Shown here piece by piece: positions 50,656 to 61,941 of a stretch of 64,000 bases of DNA. Under the pieces are notes generated by a model. The model was given only the letters and a program-made list of their open reading frames with translations, was not told the origin of the DNA and did no database searches. Location of the stretch: NCBI GenBank assembly GCA_963718895.1, contig CAVRAG010000007.1, positions 288,001 to 352,000 of the forward strand. The letters are read 5' to 3'. Position 1 is the first letter of the stretch. Every line of letters starts with the position of its first letter. A program made the position numbers and the translations under genes. Source of the stretch: an uncultured Nitrososphaerota archaeon (GTDB lineage: Archaea; Thermoproteota; Nitrososphaeria; Nitrososphaerales; Gagatemarchaeaceae).

Positions 50656-51628
50656 TGCCCGCGGTGCCGCCCAGATCGTAGGTGACCTGTTTCCCCTCGG
50701 CGACGACCTGCGTGGTCGCATCGAAGATCGCCTTTCCGGCGCTCTTCTGGCCGATGTACTCGAGCATCCAGGCCGCCGAGAGGATCGTCGCGGCGGGGTT
50801 GACCTTGTCCATCCCCTTGTACTTCGGGCTGCTGCCGTGGGCCGGCTCGAACATCGCGCGGTCGTCTCCGATGTTCGCCGAGTAGATCATCGCGATGGAT
50901 CCGACGAGGCCAGAGGCCTCCTCGGAGACGATGTCCATGAACAGGTTGGTCCCGACCACGACCGTCTGATCGAACCGCTGGGGGTTCTTCATCAGCTGCT
51001 GGGCGAAGTTGTCGATGTAGAGGTCCTCGATCGACACCTCCGGGTACGCCGCACCCACGGCGTGTACCGCTTCGAGGAAGAGCCCGTCAGAGATCTTGAG
51101 GATGTTCGCCTTGTTTATGGCGACCAGCCTCTTCCAGCCTCTTCGCCTAGCCTCCTCGAAAGAGAAGCGGGCGACCTTGGTGGACTTGTCCCGGGTTATC
51201 ACCCTGACCGCTGAAGCGACGTCATCGCTGAGCTTGTACTCTATGCCCGAGTACAGGCCCTCGGTGCCCTCTCTGACGCAGACGAAGTCCACCGGGCCGA
51301 GCGGGCCCACGTGGTTGGGGAAGCTCCTTATCGGTCTGACGTTGGCGTAGAGACCGAACCTCTGCCTGATGCTTATCGCTACCGACCTCGGCGTCCCCGG
51401 TGCCGACAGCGTCGTCGTCGGCCCCTTGAAGCAGCAGTCGGCCTGCTCGAGGACCTTCCAGGTCTCCTCGGGGATGAAGCTGGGGCCCCCGTTCTTCTCC
51501 CACCACTCGGCGCCGGCCTCGCACCTGATGAACTCGGCTTCCGCGCCGCTCGCCCTGAGGACGATCATCATAGCTTCGATCAGCTCCGGGCCGGTACCGT
51601 CTCCCTCTATGAGGGCGACCTTCTTCAT
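50618..51628 (-). CDS. Isocitrate/isopropylmalate dehydrogenase family protein
   Basis: IEGDGTGPE, LYANVRP, REGTEGLY, KANILK, FEPAHGSSP. Confidence 0.92.
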   Translation of the reverse strand: MKKVALIEGDGTGPELIEAMMIVLRASGAEAEFIRCEAGAEWWEKNGGPSFIPEETWKVLEQADCCFKGPTTTLSAPGTPRSVAISIRQRFGLYANVRPIRSFPNHVGPLGPVDFVCVREGTEGLYSGIEYKLSDDVASAVRVITRDKSTKVARFSFEEARRRGWKRLVAINKANILKISDGLFLEAVHAVGAAYPEVSIEDLYIDNFAQQLMKNPQRFDQTVVVGTNLFMDIVSEEASGLVGSIAMIYSANIGDDRAMFEPAHGSSPKYKGMDKVNPAATILSAAWMLEYIGQKSAGKAIFDATTQVVAEGKQVTYDLGGTAGTREMAQAIAARL

Positions 51629-51672
51629 GTGTCGGGGACGTGCCTGGGTATCGGATTTATCCTTTCCAAACC

Positions 51673-51950
51673 TCAGTCGCTTATCCGGAAACCCTTCTGT
51701 GGCGGATAGACGTCCAGGACCTCCTCCTCGACCTCGGTGACACTTGCGAGCGGCGGCCCACGCCTTGCCCAATCCAGGACCCTCCTCACCTCCTCTTCGT
51801 CGCCCTGGAGCAGCGCCTCGACCGACCCGTCGCTCCGGTTGCGCACCCAGCCCTCCACGCCGTGGATGGTAGCCTTCTCGAGCGTTGCCGCCCTGAACGA
51901 GACACCCTGGACCCTCCCCCTGACAACTATCCTAACGCTGACTCGATTCG
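51673..51950 (-). CDS. acyP: Acylphosphatase (start uncertain)
   Basis: VRGRVQGVSFR, GWVRNRSDGSVEA, GPPLA. Confidence 0.9.
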
Positions 51951-52036
51951 ACTCCTTCCAGCCTCCGGCGTCTGGGCCATGGGGCGGTGGTGGGTATTTA
52001 TTCGAACGGCCAGGGTGCGAGGGCTTGGACGCAGAA

Positions 52037-52455
52037 TGGAGGGCTTGAAGAGGGCAATCGACTGGCTGGTCTATGCCTCGGTCGCACTGGGGCTCCTCTT
52101 CGCATTCGCGGCGAGCACCCTGGTCCCCACATGGCTCCTCGCTACCATCGCCGTGGGAGAGGTCGCGTACGCGGGGACCGCCGTGGCCTTGGCGCGCGGG
52201 TCCAGCCGAGCCTATTACGTTGTGGTCGCGCTCGCCCTCCTCGTCCTCGCCGTCTCCCTCCCGCAGCCGGGTCACTACGCGTTCGCGGGGGACGGTCAGG
52301 TCGGGGCGTTTCTGATATTCGCGACGGGATCCGCCCTGCAGATCTGCCTCCTCGTCATGATACCAGTCTACCTAAGGCGGAGGCGCGCGTCTCAATCTTC
52401 ACGAGTCCGGCTAGGCCACTCTGATTCGGCCGCGGCCCGGGGCTCGGCGGAATGA
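52037..52455 (+). CDS. Small four-TM membrane protein
   Basis: Four hydrophobic segments; divergent from acyP with a shared AT-rich box. Confidence 0.6.
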
Positions 52456-52492
52456 CAACAACGCTTATTTTTTCCGGCGACGGGACTTGACC

Positions 52493-53278
52493 ATGGATCG
52501 CCTGAAAGGTAGGGTGGCGCTGATCACAGGTTCCGGTTCAGGAATGGGCAGGGCGACTGCAAAGCTCTTCTCGAAAGAGGGCGCGATCGTCGCTGTCAGC
52601 GACATCGACGTTGACGGAGGCGAGGAGACCGTCGCAGCAATCAAGAAGGATGGCGGAGAAGCCTCCTTCTTCAGGTGTGATGTGACGAAGGGCACGGACG
52701 TTAGGGCTACAGTCAACGCCATAGTCGCGAGATACGGTCGGATCGACGTAGTCCACAGCCACGTGGGCGGCGACATCGGGCCCAACGACACGGTCGTCGA
52801 CGACAGCGAAGACGACTGGGACAGGCTGATGGACCTCAACATCAAGAGCCACTTCTTGGTCACCAAGGAGGTGATCCCCCAGATGATCAAACAAGGTGGC
52901 GGGGCAATAATCATCACGATCACGACGAACGCCTTCATGAACTACCGGCACGTGCAGGCCTACGGGACCACGAAGTCGGCCCTGATCCAACTGACCAAGT
53001 CCCTGGCTATGGACTACGCAGAGAACAACATCAGGGTGAACGCGCTGGCGCCCGGAGAGATCCTCACGCCTCTCTGGGAGAGACACTTCAACGCCCATTC
53101 CAATCCCGCAGAAGCCAAGGAGGCGGTCCGCAAGAAGATACCGATAGGCCGGATTGGGACCGCCGAGGAGGTCGCTTCGTGCGCCCTCTTCTTCGCCTCA
53201 GACGACGCGCGGTACGTCACCGGGAACATCCTGTTCGTTGACGGCGGCCTTATGGCAGGCTTCTACGACTCGTCGTAG
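52493..53278 (+). CDS. Short-chain dehydrogenase/reductase
   Basis: TGSGSGMG, YGTTK, IRVNALAPG, VDGG. Confidence 0.92.
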   Translation: MDRLKGRVALITGSGSGMGRATAKLFSKEGAIVAVSDIDVDGGEETVAAIKKDGGEASFFRCDVTKGTDVRATVNAIVARYGRIDVVHSHVGGDIGPNDTVVDDSEDDWDRLMDLNIKSHFLVTKEVIPQMIKQGGGAIIITITTNAFMNYRHVQAYGTTKSALIQLTKSLAMDYAENNIRVNALAPGEILTPLWERHFNAHSNPAEAKEAVRKKIPIGRIGTAEEVASCALFFASDDARYVTGNILFVDGGLMAGFYDSS

Positions 53279-53365
53279 AGAGACTCGACGTCGCGTCCGG
53301 TTCAGAGACCGCCTCGGCCGGATGGGGTACTCAGGCTCTCTGTCTAACCCTAAGGAGACGGGGAG

Positions 53366-53440
53366 CGGGCCCGGCCGGATTTGAACCGGCGGCATCTAGC
53401 TTCGCAGGCTAGCATTCTATCCATACTGAACTACGGGCCC
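53366..53440 (-). tRNA. tRNA-Arg(GCG), intronless
   Basis: GGGCCCG acceptor; CTAGC-CTGCGAA-GCTAG anticodon arm; GCCGG-TTCAAAT-CCGGC T arm. Confidence 0.95.
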
Positions 53441-53535
53441 GGCAAAACGGGCTCCTTATTGTTGGGCCTAATAACTTTCTTCGGCGAGCCGGCTGCCTCT
53501 GGCCCTTTGGACCCATGACCCTACCGAAACCCAGC

Positions 53536-55197
53536 CTAGCTCTCCCTTGAGTTATCGAGCGCGCCGGTAATCTTGTTCGCCGTCGCTTCCTGGCCCGCGT
53601 CCATTATGTACGGACCCAGCCTCGGTCCCCTCTCGGTCCCGAGGAGAATTTGGTAGATGGCGGAGAAGAACTTGCTGGGCTCCGTACCGCTGCTCCGGAT
53701 GGATGCGAAGGCGGCGCCCTGGATCTCGTCGGAGGTCTTGGACCGACCGAGGGCCTCGGCGAACGACCTGAGGGCGGTGACAGTCTTGGCGTCCCAGTCC
53801 CGGGGCGCGAGCTTGGCCTTCGGGAGGTCCGACTCAGCCGTCTTCTCCACCCTAAGGTCCGCGTCCCTGGCCCACTTTGCGGCCCAGCCTATGCGGGTCG
53901 AGAGCTCCGGCGAGGGTCCCGCGACCGCCCCGTTCGAGATCAGGCGCTTCGTGACGAACTCCTCCACGGCGCCCTCGGGAGCCACAGCGGCAAGCTCGGC
54001 GACCTGGCGGTAGGGGACGTGAACTCCCGGGCGTTCGGGGACAGAGGTGAGAACCGTGTACTCGTAGAGCCCCCGCTGCCTCGCGTCCTTCATGGTGTTC
54101 GGGTCCCTCTTCTTCGAGAAGTAGTCGTCCTCGAGCTCGTCGAACTCGTCCATGTAGGTCGGGACGTCGTCGACGGAGATGTTCCTGGCACCCACGATTC
54201 GCTTGAACATGAGGAGCCTGAGGCTGGCGGGGGAGGCGTAGGTCGAGCCAGTCCTGTGGCGTCATGACGTTGCCCACCGACTTGCGCAATCTTCCGCCCC
54301 GCTCTTGTCCTGGAACATCTCGTACCGCGCGTGGTAGCGGCGGAGGGTGCGCGAGGACGTTCTCGCTGATCCAGTCGTTGACCTTCACCGAGTCCGCGAT
54401 GTCCTTGCCGTAGGCCTCGAACCTGATGTCGAGCGCGGCCCACCTCGCGGCGAACTCGCTCTTCCAGATGAGCTTCCCCTCGCCCTCGGTGATGCTGCCG
54501 GTCCCCCTCGAAGCCGCACCCCTTGACGATGCTGTGTCACGGATCTCGGCGCTGTCGCACTTGTAGTGGACCGTCCGCCCGACGCGGCGTCGTAGGAGGA
54601 GACCACCGTGGTGTAGAGCCTGCCGCAGTTCTTGCAGATGGGCGTGTAGGGGAGGACGGTCTGGTACTTGTCCTGGCCGGTCAGCTCCTTGATCTTGTTC
54701 CCGACGAGCTCTGCGTTGTCGAGGATTGTCTTGATCTGGTCGTTGAGCAGCCCGCTTCTTGTAGACCTCGGCTCCGCTCATGAAGGTGTAGTCGATGTCC
54801 GAGCGTCGTCGAGGGACGCCTTGAGCAGGGAGCCGACGTGCTCGCCGAAGGACCTGTGGCAGCCGAACGGGTCGGGGATTCGCGTGACGGGGTGCGCGAT
54901 GTAGTCGTTGAGCGAGTCGGGGAAACCGGCAGGGACCTTCCTGAGCCCGTCGAGGTCGTCAGAGTAGGCGATGAGCTCCGACTTGTAGCCGAGGCCCTCG
55001 AGCGCCATCTTGACGCCGTAGCGACCGGATGGCGTCCCCGACGCTCCCGATGTGCGGGAGTCCCGAGGCGCCCAGGCCAGCTCTCGACCCGGATGAGCGA
55101 GAGGTCCCTCCCGAGCGACTTGTCCCTCTCGACGACCTCGCTGGCCACCCTGTCGAGCCACGTGCCCCTCCCGATGATCTTGACCTGCTCGAGACAA
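53536..55197 (-). CDS. lysS: Class I lysyl-tRNA synthetase (many indels)
   Basis: GTWLD, ASGLPHIGS, SDDLDGLRKVP, IPDPFGCH, RFEAYGKD, GPRLGP. Confidence 0.92.
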
Positions 55198-55253
55198 GCG
55201 AGTACATGCGCGGGGTCCCGAGGCGCCGATTAAAGAGATTGCGGCGGCCCGTA

Positions 55254-57433
55254 TCAGCGGTAGTAGGGGACCGCGACCTTCTCCATCGGCTTGCACTCTC
55301 TCGAGGAGCGGACCTTCTTCGCCGCGTCCTTGAAGTGGTCGTAGGTGACGATGGCCTCCTCGAGGTGCTTCTTCGCGTCCTCGGGCTTTGGGTACTTCGC
55401 GACGTACTCCTGGAGCACCATCGAGACCGCGGTGTTGACGAGCGCGGCGAGGTCGGCCCCGCTGAACCCTTCGGTCATGTCGACGAGCGCTGTCGGCGTC
55501 TGACGTCGCTGGTCCTTCTGCTTGCCCTCCATGTTGATGGTGAGTATCTGGTGCCTGGACTTCCTTGTCGGGCAGCGGTATCGGAGATGATCTTGTCGAA
55601 CCTTCCCGGCCTCACGAGCGCCGGGTCGACCATGTCGATCCTGTTGGTCGCTGCGAGGACCACGACGCCCGTTGAGGTGCCTGGATGCCGTCGAGCTCCG
55701 TGAGGAGCTGGCTGACGACCCTCTCGGTGACCATGCTGTCTCCGCCCATGCCTCTCGTCGGAGCCAGGGCGTCGATCTCGTCGAAGAAGATCATGCAGGG
55801 CGCAGCCTGGCGCGCCCTGCGGAAGACCTCCCTCACTCCGCGCTCGGACTCGCCCACCCACTTGCTGAGGAGCTCCGGGCCCCGGATGCTGATGAAGTTC
55901 GCCTCGCTCTCGGTCGCGACCGCCTTTGCGAGCATGGTCTTGCCGGTGCCCGGACGGGCCCGTAGAGGAGGACTCCCTTTGGCATGTTGTAGCCGATGGC
56001 CTTGTAGAGGTCCGGGAACTTCAGCGGCCACTCCACCGCCTCCTGGAGCTCCTTCTTGACGTCCTCGAGGCCGCCTATCTCGGCCCACTTTACGTCTGGC
56101 GTCTCGAGGTAGACCTCGCGCATCGCCGAGGGCATGACGTCCTTCAGCGCGCTCCTCGAAGTCGTTCATGGTCACGATGAGCTTGTCGAGTATCTCCGGG
56201 CTGAGCCTCTCCTCCTCCAGCTTGAGCTCCGGGAGCATCCTGCGGAGGGTCTTCATCGCAGCCTCCTTGCAGAGGTACTCCGCGTCCGCGCCCACGAAGC
56301 CGTGGGTGACCGCGGCGAGCTTCTCGAGGTCGACGTCCGGCGTGAGCGGCATGTGCCTCGTGTGTATCTGGAGTATCTCGTATCGGCCCTTCTTGTCGGG
56401 GACCTTGATCTCGATCTCCCTGTCGAAGCGTCCAGGCCTCCTCAGGGCCGGGTCGATGGCGTTGGGGCGGTTGGTCGCCGCGATCACGATGACCTTGCCC
56501 CTGGCCTCGAGGCCGTCCATGAGGGAGAGCAGCTGGCTGACGACCCTGCGCTCCACCTCGCCGGTGACCTCCTCCCTCTTCGGCGCGATCGAGTCGATCT
56601 CGTCGATGAATATGATGGTCGGCGCCTTCTCCTTTGCCTCCTTGAAGATCTCCCGGAGCCTCGCCTCGGACTCGCCGTAGAACTTGCTCATGATCTCGGG
56701 ACCCGATATCGGGATGAAGTGCGCGTTGCTCTCGGTCGCGACCGCCTTTGCCAGCAGGGTCTTGCCGGTCCCCGGAGGGCCGTACAGGAGCACTCCCTTC
56801 GGAGCCTCGACGCCGAGCTTCTCGAATATCTCCGGGTGGCGGAGCGGGAGCTCGATCATCTCCCTGACCTTCTGTATCTCGTCCTTCAGGCCGCCGATGT
56901 CCTCGTAGGTGACCTGGGGGACTCCTCGGAGCGCCTCTCCCTTCTCGGAGATCACGAAGACCGTCCTCTGGGTGATCAGGGCAGCCTCTGCGGCCGGGCT
57001 CACGCCCATGACCTGGAACGTGAGCCTCCCGCCGAAGTACGGAATCATGACGTTGTCGCCCTTGGTGACGGGCACGCTCTCGAGCGTGTCCGCGAGGTAC
57101 CTCTCGTCGATCGGAGGGACCGCCTCGAGCGGCGCGACCACGACCTTCTCGGCCGGCGGCGCCTTGACCTTCTTGACGATGACCATGTCGCCGATGGCGA
57201 CGCCGGCGTTGTTTCGGATGAGTCCGTCTATCCTGACGATGCCCCTGCCCTCGTCGGAGGGATAGAGCGGCAGGCACTTGGCGACGGTCCTCCTCTTCCC
57301 GCGGATCTCGATGACGTCGCCCGGTCGAGGCGTCGAGCGCGTCCATGGCGTCGTAGTCGATCCTGGCCACGCCTCGGCCCACGTCCCTCGTGTAGGCTTC
57401 CAGTACCTTTAGTTGGACTTGTTGCTGGCTCAC
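55254..57433 (-). CDS. cdc48: CDC48/VCP AAA+ ATPase (several indels)
   Basis: [11 protein letters not shown]; two AAA modules ([12 protein letters not shown]); [11 protein letters not shown]; C-terminal PYYR. Confidence 0.95.
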
Positions 57434-57446
57434 GCCTCTATCACTT

Positions 57447-57964
57447 TCAGACAACTCTGACTCCCCTATATCCCTTATTAGTCTTGTCCCTAAGTTTGAA
57501 GACGACCTCGAGAAGGCCGTTGTTGAAGGAGGCCGCGCCCGAGTCGGGGTCGATGTCGCGCTGCAGGACGATCTCCGTCCTGTACTTCCTGTCTTCCTTG
57601 ACCGCCTCCAGGGTGACCTTGTCCTCCAGCGCGGACAGCTGGACATCATCCTTGCTGACGCCGGGGAGCTCGACGAGCAGCCTGAGGCTGCCCTCCTTCT
57701 CGTCTACCACCTGCTCGTAGATGGGAGCTCTGAATCCGTCCGGACCTATCAGGTTGTCCCCGAAGAACTGTATCCTGGGCTTCCCTTCCGGCCCGAAACC
57801 CATCGCCATACCCGCGACGACGGGCTTTGAAAACGCCTTCTGTCCAGATTCACGCTCGACTTCACGGCATCCTCCACGCTCCTCTCGAACTCCTCGAAAT
57901 ACCGGTCAAGCTCGTCGAGCATGTCTCGCAGGTTACGTCGCCTCTCCTCCGACAAATTAACCAC
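57447..57964 (-). CDS. hsp20: Archaeal small heat-shock protein Hsp20 (frameshift near 57840)
   Basis: GPEGKPRIQFFG, VELPGVSKDD, ASFNNGLLEV. Confidence 0.88.
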
Positions 57965-57986
57965 TGGTTAATTAGCCCATGGTTAA
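57955..57986. promoter_or_regulatory. Tandem operator TTAAC-N5-GTTAA / TTAGC-N5-GTTAA (HSR1/Phr-like)
   Basis: Perfect palindrome AATTAACCACTGGTTAATT over the hsp20 start codon; second copy 15 bp away; adjacent TATA tract at 57988-57997. Confidence 0.75.
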
Positions 57987-58022
57987 ATCTTTTTAAGTCT
58001 TTCCTTCGCGGCACCCCTCACC

Positions 58023-58632
58023 TTGGCCACGATAGAGGATATCGCAAACTCGCGGGTGAGGCTCACTGTCGCCAGCCTCATCTCTTCGAGGCCGAGGACC
58101 CTTGGGGAGCTCGCCGAGATGACCGGAATCTCTGTGCAGGGGGTCCTTAAGCACCTGAAGCAGACTGTCGGAGTCAGGGATGGTGAAGACGAGAAACCTT
58201 CCTTCCGGGAGATACCTGAGGCCGAGGAAGCTGTACTACATCGCGGAGCGAAGGGTCGCTGACTACTCGGAGGGCGAGATGATTGTCGCCACTCTCGGTG
58301 ACAGGGGCGTCGCGAGCGAGCTCGAGACCAGCGACCCCTACGATGAGCTGGACGGGCTCGCCCAGGACATCATCGTGATGCGGAGGAGAGTCCGCGAGCT
58401 CTCCGGGCGGATGAGGCGGATGATCGAGGAAGTGACGGAGAACGAGTCCAGGATAGCGGGGCTCATCGACACGATGAACCTGAGCTCCGAGGAGAAACAG
58501 ATAGCATCTCTTATCTTCGGTGACGACGGGCCGGAACAGACGAGAAGGATATTGAGGGAGCACTACGGCTGCAAGAATCCTGAAGGTGCGATCGAGGAAG
58601 TTGTCGAGAAGATGAAGGAGGCAGGAGCCTGA
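58023..58632 (+). CDS. Winged-HTH plus coiled-coil regulator, probable heat-shock repressor (frameshift near 58168)
   Basis: IANSRVRLTV...RTLGELAEMTGISVQGVLKHL...RPRKLY, then a coiled coil. Confidence 0.75.
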
Positions 58633-58649
58633 AGAAGTCAGCTCTGATA

Positions 58650-59484
58650 ATGGTGACCAATGACGACGGCGTCTTCAGCCCAGGGATAGTCGCTCTGACA
58701 GATGCGGTCGAGCACTACGCACACGTCTCCGTCATCGCGCCGGAGGGCCAGCAGAGCGCTGCCGGGATGAGCCTGACCTTCCACAGACCGCTGCGCGTCG
58801 AGAAGGTCCTGGTCCACGGCAGGGCTTGCTACGCGGTCTCCGGAAGCCCGGCGGACTCTGTGATGGTCGGGGTCAACAAGCTGCTCCCCCGCCGACCGGA
58901 CATGGTCGTCTCTGGCATAAACATAGGGGAGAACCTCACCATCCAGGACATCCTCGCGTCGGGCACCGTCGCCGCCGCAATGGAGGCCGCACTGCTGGGG
59001 ATCCCGTCGCTGGCCTTCTCGATGGAGGTGCCGGGCGGCATGCAGTTCAGCCACGGTCAGAAGAACAACCGCTTCGACCTTCCCGCCATGGTCGCGGCGG
59101 AGATAACGCACGAGGTGCTCCTGAACGGGCTTCCTCCGGGCGTCAGCCTCCTGAACGTGAACTTCCCTTGGAAGACCCACGTGGGGACGAAGGTCAGGCT
59201 GACCTCGATAGAGGTCAGGAAGTACAGAGACTACGTCCTCCAGAGGAAGGACCCGAGGGGCAGACCCTACTACTGGGTCTGGGGCGCGAGGCTTCCCACA
59301 TACAAGAAGGACTCCGACGTCTACGCGGTCCACAAGTGATGAGACCATCTCCATATCGCCGCTCTCGCTCGACCTGACTCCCTCGGTCGCTAGGCGGGTC
59401 AGGTCACTCGGGGCTCGCCTCGAAGAGAGAATATCGGGAATGTACGGCAAACTGTCTAGATTAAATACAAAGAAGGATGATTGA
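58650..59484 (+). CDS. surE: 5'/3'-nucleotidase SurE (indel near 59337, end approximate)
   Basis: VTNDDG, SGSPAD, SGINIGEN, SGTVAAAME, DPRGRPYYW. Confidence 0.92.
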
Positions 59485-59523
59485 GATTCCAAGTAGAGAA
59501 CCGATGGGGGTCGAAGGTTAGTC

Positions 59524-60048
59524 TTGGCGAACACCACGAGGGCTTTGGGCTCTCCGGCCGGTTCCCTTTCACCACCTGCTGTGAGGTTCGTCATCCTCTC
59601 CAGCATGGTGAAGCTGGCCTTTCCTCCGCTCTTCTTCTCCTCGCTTCCGAAGAGGGCCATAGGTTTCTCCTATCCCAGCGGGAACGAGGGGAAGGTCCTC
59701 GGCGTCTGCCCTCCTCGCAGCGACGGTCTCGGTCGCGTTCCTCCTCACAAGGACCCTGGGACCCCTGGGCGTCTGTTCTGATGATCTGGCTGACGGGGGG
59801 ACGGCCGCGCTGATGCTATACAACTCGACACAGTGCAGGGTGGCCTTCGTGAAGGAGTACTGCTCGGCGTGCAGGCTGAGGCCGATCATAGAGGAGCACG
59901 AGTCGATGCACCTGAACGGGGAGAGGAGCGAGGACGTGGTCTGGGGCGAGGCGAGGAAGAAGTACAGCTACGACGGCCTCTCGCTGGCGGGCGACCCGAG
60001 GATCTGTTCAGCTTCTGTCCGATCGCCAAAAAGCTAAGAGACAACTGA
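59524..60048 (+). CDS. Hypothetical membrane protein with CxxC-HExxH-CxxC (reconstructed across indels)
   Basis: Hydrophobic segments, then YCSACRLRPIIEEHESMH...RICSFCPIAKKL. Confidence 0.5.
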
Positions 60049-60064
60049 GGAGGGGTGGGCAGCC

Positions 60065-61941
60065 TTGGTTCACAGGGTAGCGGTACTGGACTGAGGACCT
60101 CTGCCACTCCGACAAGTGCGGCCTAGAGTGCATCAGGGACTGCCCGGTGAACATCAACGGCGAGCAGTGCATCGTCCTGGGCGAGGAGAAGCTCGCCGTC
60201 ATCTCGGAGCCGCTCTGCATCGGCTGCGGCATCTGCGTCAAGGTCTGCCCGTTCGAGGCGATCACGATCCTCAACCTCAGCGAGGAGCTGAAGCAGGACA
60301 AGATCCACCAGTACGGGATCAACACCTTCCGGCTCTACCGCCTGCCCACGCCGAGGAAGGGGCAGGTCGTCGGGCTGGTGGGGAGGAACGGGTCGGCAAG
60401 TCCACGGCGCTCCAGATCCTCTCCGGACAGCTCATCCCGAACCTCGGGGACTACGAGAAGGAGCCCTCCTGGGACAGGTTCCTCGACTACCTCAGCGGGA
60501 GGGAGCTGAAGGAGCACTTCAAGAGGGTCGAGAGGGGCGAGGTGAGGGTCTCGCTCAAGCCCCAGGCGGTCTACAAGCTCCCGGAGGTCTGGAAGAAGGA
60601 CGTGAGCTCCCTGCTCGAGAAGGTGGACGAGACGCAGGACGATGGAGGAGGTCGTCGAGACGCTCGGGCTCGGCGAGGCGCTCGGCAAGAACGTCCCCGA
60701 CCTGAGCGGAGGGGAGCTCCAGAGGGTCGCGGTCGCCGTGGCGTCGCTGAAGGACGCCGACATCTACCTCTTCGACGAGCCCTCGTCCTACAACGACGTC
60801 TACCAGAGGCTCGCGGTCTCCAGGCTCATCAGGTCGATCGCGGCGAAGGGCAAGTACGTCCTCCTCGTCGAGCACGACATCACCTTCCTCGACTACGCCA
60901 GCGACTACGTCCAGATAATCTACGGCGAGCCCGGGGTCTACGGCGTCGTCTCCTCGCTCTATCCGTCGCGGACGCGGGATCAACGCCCTCCTCGAGGGGA
61001 TGCTCCCGCAGGAGAACATCAGGTTCAGGGACACGGGCGTCACCTTCGAGAGCGTCACACCAGCGTGGAGAGCCAGCAGTCCGAGGAGGTGATAGCGAGC
61101 TACACGGACATCGCCAAGACGTTCCCCGGGTTCAGCCTCGAGGCCCGCGGCGGAGAGCTGACGAGGGGCATCGTGCTCGGGGTCATCGGGGCGAACGCCC
61201 TCGGGAAGACGACGTTCCTCCGCATGCTCGCCGGAGAGGAGAAGCCCGAGACTGCGGGAGCGTCAGCCTGGGCGCGAAGATAGCGCTACAAGCCCCAGTA
61301 CCTCAAGGCCGACTTCTCCGGGACGGTGCAGGAGTTCTTCGGCGAGAAGGTGGGGAAGGGGTTCGACGACGCCGAACCTCCAGGCCAACCTCGCGGGCCC
61401 GCTCAGGATGGAGAAGCTCCTCGCCAGGAACGATGCCCGAGCTCAGCGGCGGGGAGCTGCAGAAGGTCGCGATCGTCACCACCTTCGCCCAGGAGGCCGA
61501 CCTCTACGCGCTCGACGAGCCGTCCGCGTTCGTCGACGTCGAGGACAGGTTCGTCATAGCCAAGGCGATGGGCAGGCTGGTCAAGGCGGTGGGGAAGAGC
61601 GCGATGGTCATCGACCACGACATCCAGCTGCTCGACCTCATCTCCGACAGGATGCTCGTCTTCACCGGGGAGCCCGGGCGTCGAGGGAGAGGCGACGGCT
61701 CCGCTGGGGAAGGAGGAGGGGATGAACATCTTCCTCGCGCGAGGTGGGGCTGACCTACCGCAGGGACATCAACAGCGGGAGGCCGCGGGTCAACAAGCCC
61801 GACAGCAAGGTCGACAGGGAGCAGAAGGAGAAGGGGCAGTACTACTACGTCGCAAAGCTCGCGGCAGCCGGAGCGCCGAGGAAGAGGAGCGGGGTGCTCG
61901 GGAGTTGGCGAAGTTCCTCAGGGACTCGCTGGGCGGAGTGA
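60065..61941 (+). CDS. ABCE1/RLI ribosome-recycling ATPase (many indels)
   Basis: Fe-S domain CxxxxCxxxCxxxCP / [12 protein letters not shown]; LSGGELQ twice; RPRVNKPDS. Confidence 0.93.

Noticed and set aside
15826-53440. Two similar tRNA-Arg genes as possible att repeats bounding a 37-kb island
   Set aside because: Both are complete tRNAs with different anticodons, the interval holds core genes, and there is no integrase.
40893-57720. Long antisense or alternative-frame ORFs (for example 40893-42230, 44406-45836, 56134-57720)
   Set aside because: These are shadow ORFs of well-supported genes, expected in GC-rich DNA, and carry no motifs.
59336-59378. GTGATGA...CTGA resembling a C/D sRNA
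   Set aside because: It lies inside surE coding sequence, box C is produced by the apparent inserted base, and there is no terminal stem or C'/D'.
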